From contig CM121343.1 in the NCBI GenBank assembly GCA_051530055.1, positions 4,868,389 to 4,932,388 on the forward strand: DNA of 64,000 bases, in the 5' to 3' direction. This stretch comes from Neoechinorhynchus agilis. Taxonomy: Eukaryota > Animalia > Acanthocephala. This document shows, piece by piece, positions 38,122-50,666 of this stretch. Position 1 is the stretch's first letter; each line of letters starts with the position of its first letter. The notes beneath the pieces are model-generated. The model saw only the letters and a program-made list of their open reading frames with translations, was not told the origin of the DNA and did not search any database. A program made the translations under genes and the position numbers.

Positions 38122-38869
38122 TCACGTTTTATTCATCATAATAATTTCTATATTATGATGAATAAAACGTGTTATTAATATAATAAAATTGCCACATTGC
38201 TTATATGTCGATGGTTCAACGCCACCGGTCGCTGGGTCCCAAAAGTGGGTTGGCCCTGTCCTTTCGAGTGCGGCTGAGCGCATCTGACGTGTGCAAGTCA
38301 GCCGAAAGGCTCCCAAAGGAATATAGCCGAGAGGCCCAAAAAAGGAGATGTCGTAAGACCAATCAACTAAAATCTGAAGAAAACAAATCATAAACTAACC
38401 TTGCTCGCTTTACGTGGTGCAGTTAAGTGTTTTATTTAAAAGTGCAAGTTATATGATTCGGATATCATCTTAAAAACAATTTCTTGTCGCATGATGGAGT
38501 CTTAAAGGTATATTTGGCATCCGGTCGGGTGTATCTAACTTCATGGATACGTTTGCAACCGAAAATAACGCGGATTAAGGGACCAAGTGTAAATCTATCG
38601 GATCGATCACAGGGTTTGCCAGAGAGTGCGAAACGTTGTTAAAGGCACAATATTGTGCCGATATATCGGACGTAATAAATTACTTCAATTTTTCCGCCAT
38701 ATAGAAGCAGTTCGATTATGCCGGACAGACATCGTAACCACGAAATGGTAAGTTTTCATAAAAGCAAGTGTTGTACATGATGCGCGTATGAATTTTTTGC
38801 GGATCTGATCAAATGCGTCAAACGAAAGGAATCGCTTTGTCCAGGGAACCCAATTGAACCAAGAGAAGT

Positions 38870-39250
38870 GCTTTTGTTGTTGAGGGCAAATGCCTTCTCT
38901 GGGACGCCACGTGTGTGGACACCCTCGCAGCCAGCAACATTCGCTACTCCCTCGAAATCGCCGGTGGTGCCGCCAGTGCAGCGGAAGCTAGGAAAATACG
39001 GAAATATATTCAGCTATCGAGGGCTCACTATTTTGTCCCCTTTGGGGTAGAGACGTATGGAGCGCTCGGCAGCCCGGCACTCTCTCTGCTCCAGGATGTC
39101 TCGAAGAAATTGATAGAGGCAACCGGAGACTCAAGAGCGGGCGTATTCCTTCGACAAAATATCTCGCTAGCAGTACAACGGGGCAATGCTGCCAGCGTGA
39201 TGGCGACGGTCGAGGAAGGACAAAAGCTGGAATTTGGCGGGAGGTGGTGA
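38870..39250 (+). mobile_element. 3' fragment of a CRE-type element, distinct subfamily
   Basis: EGKCLLWDATCVDTLAASN...AEARKIRKY..L...YFVPFGVETYG...LAVQRGNAASV. Confidence 0.88.
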
Positions 39251-39479
39251 GTGTGCTTCAAACAGATTGTTTGAATTGTTAAAAATATATTATGTTTTTC
39301 AAAAAAATTTTTTTTACAACTGAAAGATTTATTTACATTTGATGCAATTTAGCGAGTTCAGTAAGATATACCGGATCTTCGAGAAAGGGAAGGAAACACT
39401 TTTCAATTTCTGGATCTTCGTCTTCCAATTCCTTATTCAATCTCACCAGACGTATCCTTTTAAATAACGAATGAACAGT

Positions 39480-41743
39480 TTAAATTAGCTTTACAAAGTG
39501 CTTACCATGTAGTGATGTCCGGATCCTTCTTACAGAGTGCGTGATCCAGTGGATCCTTGCCATCGTTATCGCAAATATATGTGGGGGTATTACGTTTTAA
39601 TAACAAAATAACCAAACTAGAAATGGAAGTTCAGAGATTTTCGGCTCGGAATAAAGAAGGGTTCGATGTACCATCTGTGTGCACCCGAATGTTGAACAGC
39701 GTAATGTAATGGCGAACAACCATTGTTGTCTATTTGATCGGTACGAGCACCATTCTGAAGTAGGAACTCGCATATTGGCAAGCATTTTAAGCGGATTGCG
39801 AGACTTAAAGGTGACTGATTGTCATGTTTGTCAAATCTTGCATTACGGTCTGCACCCAATCCTAATGCCAAAAGGACTGCTAGCAAATTGCACTCTGTAT
39901 CTGCTGAGTTCTCAATTGACGACCTCAGCAAGTCGTCGGGATTCGCCTCGTTTTTGCTTGAAAGATATTCATAAATCCATCGAAGACGTCTATCATCATT
40001 ACCAAAGAGATCCTCCTCTGCTTTTTGTACTATGAATTTCTTTTGAATATACTTAGCATCGATAAATCGTTTCCTAGTATTCACAGCAGACGATGGATAA
40101 GGTTTACACGACTTTACATCTCGTCTATTGGCTTCATAAATTGCGTTAAATGCTTGATTACCAATCTCGGTCATCATTATCAAAGTCTCGATATCCCACT
40201 CATCAATGTGAAGGGACCGGATCTTAGATGTGTTTACACCCAGACCGCTAATGAGGTGTAAGCAAAGTTTATCCATCAAAAGTTGAACGTACCGGTGAAT
40301 CCCAGAGCATTTTAAGCATAAAAGAATTCCAAGGTTCACTGATGCCCATTCTGGTCTTAAAGCTCCACAGTCGCAGCACTCGTTATTTCCGGGCAGTGAT
40401 TGAATTGCTTGCTTTCGTTCACGAATTCTATTTTCACGCCACTTAAAAGTTATCCAAAAGCGGAATTTTAAACTTACACTGCTGACCTGACCTCGACCTC
40501 CGTACTGCTGCATTCATTCGAACAATGAACATGACCTAGCGACTCCGACACATTTATATCCTGCAATAAAAAGTGTAATAATGTAAGTTCAGTTTAATTT
40601 TTTTGATTGGTTAGGAAAATGTAATTTCTGTGAAAATAAAGAGATGCGTAATTGCGTGTGTTGGGTCGTGCTCATTTTATTCGCCACCTCTTGGATATTT
40701 CTCATGTAAATAAGGAGAAATTAAAGTTGTGGTGATTTTATTGAGCAAATCGAAATATTTCTTAACAATAAAATGCGTTTTAGCCTCAAGTTTAACTTGG
40801 TCGTTCCGAAGGATTTTCTTTATAAGAAAGGAGAAATGACGATGTTCGAAAAATAAAAAGAAATTCCAAAACTAAGGGTAGAATCGAAAATGTGTGTGCT
40901 CTGATTTACCTGAAGCGAAGGCGCCGTTTGAATGCCACACATAATGGCTTGTCGCATAGCGTCCATCCAGCGCTCACGTTCCTCGGCGGAATCGGCTTGT
41001 AGGTAGTAGTGACTGAAAAATAGTTTATTTGGTAGCAGTTACAAAGGAACCATGCTCACAACGATGGCGATTGTATCTCAAAGACGAAAAGACGATCAAT
41101 GTTAATACTTTCCCGAACGCTGCATAGTTTAATATCACTGATCAGATCGACTGTGCTTAGCGCGTTTGAATCGAAATGATTGTTTCTACGAAGCCAATGT
41201 TGGTAGAACGAAAGGGTTTGCCGTTTGCGTCCACCAAAGTGAAAATTGGTATGAAAGCCAACGGAACTATCGGTAAGATAAACTAGTTTTTTATCGGTTA
41301 GAATGAACCACTTCCTAGTTATGGAAAAGCGGGATTATTAAGAAGGGAATACAAATCGTGGAAACGTACTTCGACCAAGATTTGAACCTGCCTTGAGATT
41401 TTTTGAGTAGATACCCTTCATAGTAGCAGGTGGACGGAGTTCCGGTGAGAGATGAGTCACAGATGGATAGTTTGGTTGCGATCGACGACGACGACGAATG
41501 GGTGCCGCCATCACGTTTACATTGGATCGTTGATGGAGCCATATTGATTGCCTAAACGAGAGATAGAGCGAATGTTTTACATTGACCACAATCCGGATAT
41601 TTTACGTTTATACCAGCAGCAGCATCGATTTCGCCCAACGACATTGACGTGTTGCAAAATCGTTTTGCACTTTGGTGATCCTTGAGGGAGTTATCGTTGC
41701 AGCGTTCTCTTGAACTGTACATGCGTGCTAAACAAAGGCACAC
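39480..41743 (-). CDS. ACAP: Centaurin-beta/ACAP-like ArfGAP (PH, ArfGAP, ankyrin); ends approximate
   Basis: PH domain (YEGYLLKKSQGRFKSWSK; YYLQADSAEERERWMDAMRQAI), ArfGAP Zn finger (PGNNECCDCGALRPEWASVNLGILLCLKCSGIHR) and ankyrin repeats (SPLSLAI...CEFLLQNGA; SPLHYA). Confidence 0.8.
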
Positions 41744-43092
41744 GCGATGCGTTCATAGTACCGCATAAAAACATTAAGGAGGTGTAAAAGCACAACAGAT
41801 CTTTAGAGCATGGAAGCACAGTTGCGACTCTCGTCTTCTGCTGATCTTATGAGTGCTATCTGGACGATGTCATCATCGAATGTCTGGAACTTGCGTAATC
41901 TGCCATCTCTCCCTCTCAGAGTGTATGCGCCAGGAGGGACTATTCGGACCAGGACGAACAGACCAACCAAGAATTATACATTGAACGTGTAACGACCACG
42001 GATCACGTGAACGTTACACAATTGTTTTAAAAGAAATACACTCCCCCGACGAAGAGCCAAGAGGTTTCATGGGAATCAACCTGGCGGAATAATGCAATAT
42101 TCGACCTTTTGTCGTCTTTCTTAAATTGACAAGTGCTTGAAAAATACTTCTTAAAACATCGCCCAACAACAACATCCATCAAGTTTATTTTTTTCATAGA
42201 AATCAACGTGTTTTTGTCGTTATTATGAGAAAGTTTCATTAAGGAAATCCATCACAACTTGACTTCGAAGGTAAGGTTTCACAATTTTCCATGTTTCAGT
42301 TCTTAATTGTTACGTAGCTTTTAACTCAAAAGCAAAAAACCTATTGGTCTTCTTTAGATAAAGCAAATACGACTGAGAAATAAGGCCTAAGTTGAAAACA
42401 GTGTTTAAGCTAAAATAACTCAAAAGCATAGTGCATTTTGTGTTGGCGATACTTCTTAATCTAAAATACTTAAAGGCTAAATGGGAACTCGTTTGCTTTA
42501 AAACACGAAAACAACAATGAATCTGCTTTAGGTTCCTCTGGAATTCTCCTATTTATTTCGTGGTCTATGTAGTGGTTTGGTGTGATTTTGACTTGGTAAA
42601 AGTTAACTTCAATCCGGAAAATCAATAGCTTCCTGCATTATCAACTGATAATGTCAAGATTGAGAGACGTACAACACTACCGTTCCAAAGGTAATGTCTT
42701 TGTCAATATTTAACCCAACTTTTTGAGATTGTTTGCTTGGAGTACAATGGCAATGCAATCAAACCAATGTGTTAACAATATCGAATCAACTATACAAAAA
42801 GGCTCACCATAATCATGAGCAATTTAAGCTGATGGGGAATCGATGCAAACTAAGCTGCATGCGTTGATTCACTTGGGAAAAAAAGAAGCAACGTTCCCAG
42901 GACATTTTAAATCTCTTCTTACCAGTAAGCAATAGGAACTCGTTAGTAATAAGTTTTTTAGTTCGCTGCCTTTAGTTAAATTTAATCTTCACCCGGTAGC
43001 TTCTACGAAGTGCAATAGCCGGAGAATCAAATATGAACTCTTTTCTTAATAGATACAATATGCACAATGGGAGATATTATATAAACTTTCAA

Positions 43093-45247
43093 TTACACGA
43101 AATCAGTTGTGTAATAGACACTGCTGTTCCTTTTGAACAAAACACTCAGGGGGTTTGGAACAGAAACCTGATCGGTTGTCATCGGAACAAGACGTTGCGA
43201 AGATATTTCTGGTTTCTCTGCATATCTAGTGTTCATTCGAACTCCTTGCTCAACCGTTGGTGACTCGTTGACCATGGAACAAGATCTACTACCAGAATCG
43301 TGGGTAATGCTGTCAGCTGCGCCTTGGGGACTCATAGCCTTTTTTACCGAGTGGGTTTCGGCTACAGCCGTAGGATTCGACGTTTTGGATTGAACCTCCG
43401 TTGACCGTTGAAGTTCATCGATGGATGAAGAAGCGCCGTATACCTCAGTTTCTAACAATTCCTTCGATATTGGCTTAGTGAAACACATATCTTCAACGTT
43501 CAAAATCCGCTCGGGTATTAATTTCTTGCGTTCCTTTGTTTGATGCAGAGGCTGAATAAGTTTGATATTTGTATGTGTCTTTGAAATGTCTTCAACCTTC
43601 ATTTCTTGCCGCTGGTCAATCTTTTTATGACAAGTAGCGCTGCAGCATACAACATTATGATTTCCTCTGCGTGAGTGCATTAACTTTGTTGGCCAGGTAA
43701 TCCTCACAGACCTTCTTTTAAGAATCACGAAAAGTAGCGATGCACCAAGACTAGTAAGCAATATTGGCAAAAGAATTGCCAATAATAGCTTCTTGGTTCT
43801 CAAGCCTGTCATAACGAAATGAATACAAGTTCAGTAGATTATAGATACCACCATTGCCTTTTGAGACCTTCGTGGAAACGTTCTGCTCCGCCATAGTCAG
43901 TTTTCGATCTATCTTGGTAGTAGCGTTTGGCCCCTTTTTTTCGCCACAGATACTCGCCGATCTTCTGTTCCTACTTTCACCTTGGAAAACTCGCAAAAGT
44001 ATTTAAATTCGATGCACGAAAATAACTAACCCCAAAATCGAATTTTGAAGATACTGCCAACGTCATTTCTGTAACCTGATTGTGTTTGAGACGACAGATT
44101 ATTATAGTTGATCGCCGTTGCAAGGACAATATAGAGATTGTTAGTACCAGTTCTTACAGTACTGGTCGGCGGGACGTTTCGATGTGAACCGTATCTGTAT
44201 GGCCGATAAATTTCTGAATCCGTAGATGAGCTGGTATGTTTGACTAGCCTTCCACACCATATAAACAATTGAGTCCAACTTGCTGGATCATTGACTCTAC
44301 CTCTTGATTGATCAGTGATGAGTTCCAAGTATTGACTAACACATCCGATTGAATACATTAGGGAGAACTCATGAACTTCAATAACAAGCTCGAGATCAGA
44401 TGCCGGGAGACTGATGTATAGCTGACAAGATGACTGGGCAAATTTTGATGGATAGTATGGACTAACAACAAATCCATCCAGCCCAACATAGTCCCTGTTG
44501 GTTGAGCACATTTCAATCACTAAAATGTTAAGTGCAAATTTAAGGATGACTGGAGCTCGTTAATAATGACAATATGCGAAAATGTGATAGTCCTTATTAT
44601 AAACCTCGCTGAAACATGGAGAATTATAATTAAATTTCTAAGCCTTCATCGGTAACCTGCAATTTTGAATAAGGATGAAAATTAATTTTAAAAATCCATC
44701 AGTACCACCACCACTTGGAGCTTATATAAGAGCGTTCAATGTCACTTGTAAGCACCATGCCTTTCTTAGCCCGCATCAAAACGAATTCAGCGACTGAAAA
44801 TCGAATATTAGAATCTGGAGTGGGTGATTCAGTAAATACACAAAATTCGATAATCGGAAAATGGAGAGTTACATATATTTTGATCGTACCATGAAAGCAG
44901 TCGATTGCGACTTCATAGTGATCGATAACACTGTTTTGAATAGTTTGAGGGCTACCAATGGAGATTCTGCATTTCTTAAGACCGATGCATTTTTGTAGAA
45001 TGGTTGCTCGACTGGCTTCTACAATTCGATTATCAGCGGCTTGATTTGGAATGCAAGGTCCAGTGTTAGATTTGAAGACACGAGCGACGATCGTAGCGTT
45101 GCCGATGATTTGTTCAGGGTGTGTACACATGATTGTTTTTGTTCCTTCTTGATTAGCGCAATAGAAATGTCGATGGATAGTTGTTTGATTCGGAGTGGGC
45201 CAAACAAATAACAGTATACTTATGAGAACAAGACTACCATAGAGCAT
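43093..45247 (-). CDS. Type I membrane protein: signal peptide, Cys-rich SUEL/Gal-lectin-like domain, CUB domain, TM helix, cytoplasmic tail
   Basis: Hydrophobic N-terminus; C...ILQKCIGLKKC.I resembles a SUEL lectin; GFVVSPYYPSKF...CQLYI...FSL...CVSQYLE..WCG is CUB; LLLAILLPILLTSLGASLLFVIL-KRR is a TM helix with a stop-transfer. Joining the three ORFs into one gene is inferred. Confidence 0.65.
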
Positions 45248-46619
45248 TTGTAAGATCGGAAATAAGATATAAAGGATATTATGTGGTTGGTCCTATAATC
45301 CATGTACACGGATTACGCTGGTGAGTGTGCGTGAACAAGATCGGTTGAGACTTAGAAGCATCGGCAGTACATAAAAGCTGGCTTGTGAAGCACTGCATAG
45401 AATGGGATCATGTCAGCGGATCCACGAGGCTCGTCCCTGATGAATATTTTTGGTAGTGTTGACATCTACATGAAGATGAGAATGGAGAAACACTTGCACA
45501 ACATAGACACGTACATTGTTGTTTTGTTCACTACCGCGAGCACACACACACACTGCCGGCGACCGACATTATGTTCATTTTCGCTCTCTTTCAAAGATGG
45601 AAATACACGCAATTAGCCGGGGAAGGCTTCCATTTGGTGCGAGACAACCACTAAACCCATGTCGCTATCATCTAGTGCTTAAACTTCCTGCACACGTCGT
45701 TTGTAAGACGAGAACGTATACGAACATTCAGTAGTTCTCGAGGCAGCATTTTTTGCCTAGTTTGTGTCGCTCTTGGTTCGGTTGTGTGTGTTTGAGGAGA
45801 AAATGCTCTGAGTTTCCTGCAATGAGACACCAATGCAGTTAATCATTTACACCACCACCACCAACACTCCATTCAAACTATTTGGTCGTCGGGCAGTGTG
45901 CACCCGAACGACTAACTTGTTCCCACGAAGCATAAAACAATTTTTAACAAACAAAACTCATCCGGGAATGCACACAAAAGCGTTGAACCGAAACAATCCA
46001 GAGACACTAATGAGAATATTGCGAACAAAAACCATACAAATACGTGAGGAAGCCTTCGAAAAACAAATGGAAAAATCAAATTAACTATCATTTTGACACA
46101 AAGATTGCCGATTAAGTTATCACTAAACGCCATCGATGCAAAACATCAACTTATGCTTTTAATTTAAACTCATCGCAGTCGCTACTAGTTCATTCGTCGT
46201 ATAAATCACTACTAACACTTCCAAAGTTATAAAAATTGATGGATAATGTTTTGGTATACCTTCAAATTCGCCGCGTACCATCACGTTTCGAATTGCAAAC
46301 GAGTCAACATTTTTAATCTCTCTATTCTCACGGGAAATATATTTTGGCAGTTTTAGTCTTCAAATGCGATGACAGTATAGGCAATCGTATTTCCTTTTGT
46401 TTACGATGAGGAATTTTAATTAATATTATATTTACAACTTCGAACGCTCAAAATTCCGATGGTAACTACGAAACATATTTATCAGCCTTCGCCTCGAGGA
46501 CGCATCTAGCATTCCCTCTCGCAATCACTCACTCTCCGACAAAAATAGTTCACTCGGAATGGCGATAAGTTGGAAAATGTAGAGCGATTGATCGAGACAT
46601 TTGTATTTCTCCCTTCACT

Positions 46620-47330
46620 CGTATTCGGGCAGGTGAAGTCCCAAGAAGACGGTCTCTTTCCCACGGCACTGTTGATACGCAGTCCGGTCTTTTCCCGTCA
46701 TCTCTGCTTAAACCAACCGGCTCAAGAAGAGATGGAATGCCGTCGCCAAAGTGAACAGCGGTTCCATACCGATCCTAAGAATTCTATTTGTTAGTGAAGA
46801 ATTCACAAGTGACATCAGGAGGCTCTTAAAAGAGACAGATATTGAGATTCGATTAGTCCGCAGGAGTGCTAGAACATTACACCGGATCACAACAAGAACA
46901 GCCCACCACAAGGAAGCGCCGCAATACCGATTTCGTGCCTCATGTGCAAGCAATCGGGTGGCAATGTCCAAAAACGTTGGACGACTCCGTAGAGGTCAAT
47001 TTGCACGGGGAGTAATGTCGTCTATAAGACAATCAGTCTTATAAGAAAAGATCCGGGTCGTCTACATTGGGAAGACAGCGAGGCCTCTCCATGTGCGTAT
47101 TTGTGAGCACGCACGTAACGCACTGAACCCACTCGCTGCTTGCATGGGCCAAACACCACTCAAGGTTCCACCCAGGTCAAGAACAATACTTTCGACGGTT
47201 GTGAAGTACCTAGCGAGAGGGCATGGGAAGTTTCAATTGCGGAAGCAGTGCTCATCTCGAAAGAGGTGAAGAGTGGGATTGAGCGGGGTTATCGAAGGAA
47301 AGAGATGGCCAACGGGACAAGTTGATTTCC
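46620..47330 (+). mobile_element. Penelope-like element 3' remnant (GIY-YIG endonuclease)
   Basis: 47057-47135 translates VVYIGKTARPLHVRICEHAR, and later EVSIAEAVLI; frameshifted. Confidence 0.75.
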
Positions 47331-48149
47331 TCACTAACTTAGTTCTGACTTCCTTTGTAGATCACGAGTGTTTTTGAAGCCCCCAGGAAAGAGCAAAACT
47401 CCGAAATATTGGTCCAAAATAAACATTTATTTTCAAACGCGTAAATAGCTAAAGTAATGATAATTGAAAAGATAACCCGCGGTTGGGAAATCAGTCGATA
47501 ATCCACCAAATTACTTATTAGAGTATTCACAGTGTTGTGACGATTGTTCTTTGAACACGTTTTATGCACCATAGTGGTAATTGTTTAATAAATCACGCGA
47601 GCTAACTGACTCTGCAATTTTAATGCGTTGCAGATTCACTTCTATTTAAAAACAGCAATTTTAAGTGCACTCACATCGTTACTAAGCGAAATGTCAATTT
47701 CAGCGATAATTGAATTTCCACTCAGTAAATATCTCTATAAAAAGGGACAAATTTCCTTAAATCTACAACACTGCAGATTGAATAGCGGGACAACTGAGCC
47801 TCTCTCCGAACAATGCTCACTGTTCTTCGGAAACAACTGATTAAATAAAAATGGATTGTTATACGCCATGATTCACCACAAAACGAATGTTGTTTAAGTC
47901 TTGAGTTGTCTAAAAAGGATTTCGCTGCGGTACACTATCGACTCGTTTTCGCCGAAAACCAAAAAATCACTGCAATGTTCTAAAAATTGCGAGATAATGA
48001 TTGCGGGCTTATATACAAACTAATTTGAAACCATCAATTAACAATCTTCGTGTGCTCTTTATAGGTATGATCGATTTTTTAATTCTAATACTTTTAAGTG
48101 CTTTTGCAAGCTTTCCATCGTTCTGCACAAATCATCGAGCAAGAAATAA

Positions 48150-50140
48150 TAAAAGCACGTTTTATTGATCAAAGTAGGGAAAACATGTACCTCTGAGTCC
48201 TCGTGAACACTCAAACAATATTTTAGGTTAAATGGATGCAGTTTTTATTTCGGAGTGGATGACTGGGAGTCTGCAATGTTGGACCTCTCCTCCGCCTCTC
48301 GAACACTCGAACAATATAATAGGTTCAATGAATGCCGACGTTGATTTCGGCGTGGATGAAGAGTCCATTGAATTGGAAAGTTGGTGGTTATTGGCGTGGA
48401 AGAGTTTGTCAGGTTGTGTCTTTTCTCGGCCCCGTGAACACTCAAACAATATTTTAGGTTAAATGGATGCAGTTTTTATTTCGGAGTGGATGACTGGGAG
48501 TCTGCAATGTTGGACCTCTCCTCCGCCTCTCGAACACTCGAACAATATGATAGGTTCAATGAATGCCGACGTTGATTTCGGCGTGGATGAAGAGTCCATT
48601 GAATTGGAAAGTTGGTGGTTATTGGCGTGGAAGAGTTTGTCAGGTTGTGTCTTTTCTCGGCCCCGTGAACACTCAAACAATATTTTAGGTTAAATGGATG
48701 CAGTTTTTATTTCGGAGTGGATGACTGGGAGTCTGCAATGTTGGACCTCTCCTCCGCCTCTCGAACACTCGAACAATATGATAGGTTCAATGAATGCCGA
48801 CGTTGATTTCGGCGTGGATGAAGAGTCCATTGAATTGGAAAGTTGGTGGTTATTGGCGTGGAAGAGTTTGTCAGGTTGTGTCTTTTCTCGGCCCCGTGAA
48901 CACTCAAACAATATTTTAGGTTAAATGGATGCAGTTTTTATTTCGGAGTGGATGACTGGGAGTCTGCAATGTTGGACCTCTCCTCCGCCTCTCGAACACT
49001 CGAACAATATAATAGGTTCAATGAATGCCGACGTTGATTTCGGCGTGGATGAAGAGTCCATTGAATTGGAAAGTTGGTGGTTATTGGCGTGGAAGAGTTT
49101 GTCAGGTTGTGTCTTTTCTCGGCCCCGTGAACACTCAAACAATATTTTAGGTTAAATGGATGCAGTTTTTATTTCGGAGTGGATGACTGGGAGTCTGCAA
49201 TGTTGGACCTCTCCTCCGCCTCTCGAACACTCGAACAATATGATAGGTTCAATGAATGCCGACGTTGATTTCGGCGTGGATGAAGAGTCCATTGAATTGG
49301 AAAGTTGGTGGTTATTGGCGTGGAAGAGTTTGTCAGGTTGTGTCTTTTCTCGGCCCCGTGAACACTCAAACAATATTTTAGGTTAAATGGATGCAGTTTT
49401 TATTTCGGAGTGGATGACTGGGAGTCTGCAATGTTGGACCTCTCCTCCGCCTCTCGAACACTCGAACAATATGATAGGTTCAATGAATGCCGACGTTGAT
49501 TTCGGCGTGGATGAAGAGTCCATTGAATTGGAAAGTTGGTGGTTATTGGCGTGGAAGAGTTTGTCAGGTTGTGTCTTTTCTCGGCCCCATGAACACTCAA
49601 ACAATATTTTAGGTTAAATGGATGCAGTTTTTATTTCGGAGTGGATGACTGGGAGTCTGCAATGTTGGACCTCTCCTCCGCCTCTCGAACACTCGAACAA
49701 TATAATAGGTTCAATGAATGTCGACGTTGATTTCGGCGTGGATGAAGAGTCCATTGAATTGGAAAGTTGGTGGTTATTGGCGTGGAAGAGTTTGTCAGGT
49801 TGTGTCTTTCCTTCGCCTCGTTAGCACTCAAACAATATGATAGGTTCAATGAATGTGGCTGATGATTTTGGAGCGGTGGGAGAGTTGGTAGTTATTCGCG
49901 TCGAGTAAAGTTTATTAAGTTGGGTCTTTCTTCAGGTTCATTTCAAGTTCTGATATCCGAGAGAAGATTGGACAGCATGGAGAAAGAAGCGGAAGTAGAG
50001 GGAGGTGTGAGGCATAGAATGATGAAAAGAATTGGGATTAAGAGTGTTGTGCTCGTTTGATTCTGGTGTACGTTAGAAACCCAACTTTTCTTACCCATAG
50101 TTGGAAACCATGCTGATTGGGAGCTCGGGACCAAATCTCA
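48150..50140. repeat. Tandem array of the core/spacer family: seven 231-bp units (96+135 dimer) with unique flanks
   Basis: 15 cores from 48205 to 49822 with alternating 96/135 spacing; the same 22-nt left box at 48156; the 96-bp subunit matches 31738-31833. Confidence 0.95.
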
Positions 50141-50666
50141 GTAACACTCGTGGGAGCCTAAGGTCCTCCCACGTAGGAATACATTGACGACGACTATGAC
50201 GAATGTTCGAATCTCAGGCGACCAATGACGAGCCATGCCGGCTAGGACTTGCGATCCTTCGCCGTTACGGTTGTTGGACAGATATGTTAGGAATCTTGAA
50301 CATTAGTAAGCTAAAGGAGCTCTCGTAGAAGCCCTCAACGGTGATCTATAATGAGCGGACCCCGAGGGATTTTCTCCATATTAGTTTTCGAAATTTCAAC
50401 GATGCCATAAGGAAAACTACATTACAGTTGCCATCGCCTAACTTTCAACAAAGCAATCTATTAATGAGTTGGTGAGTGTAAGGAAAAACCTTATTATCTG
50501 ATGGCACGTCAAACCATTAAATTCAAAAAGTTATTGATCTGGTTGATTAGTTTTTAATGTTTCATCATTAACGTGAACTTTGTTCAAATTTTTCGCATTT
50601 ATTACCAGTTTTCTGAAAAGGGTAAATCGCCTTCCACAACGGTTTTCACTACTTTCAATACTAGTG

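Noticed and set aside
38122-38391. Minus ORF with HFWDPATG resembling CEP76/CC2D2A transglutaminase-like segments
   Set aside because: The similarity is a few residues only, and no further exons could be found.
48228-49849. The many 66-76 aa ORFs on both strands
   Set aside because: They are translations of the 231-bp repeat unit, each ended by the same per-unit stop; there is no independent coding evidence.
31738-49850. CRISPR array interpretation of the core/spacer repeats
   Set aside because: The context is eukaryotic and intron-rich with no cas genes. The spacers are 60-100 bp, tandemly repeated and homologous to each other rather than unique.
50203-50226. GTTCGAATCTCAGGCGACCA as a tRNA 3' end or LTR primer-binding site
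   Set aside because: It is four nt too short for a T-arm plus acceptor stem, there is no upstream cloverleaf, and no matching LTR pair was found.
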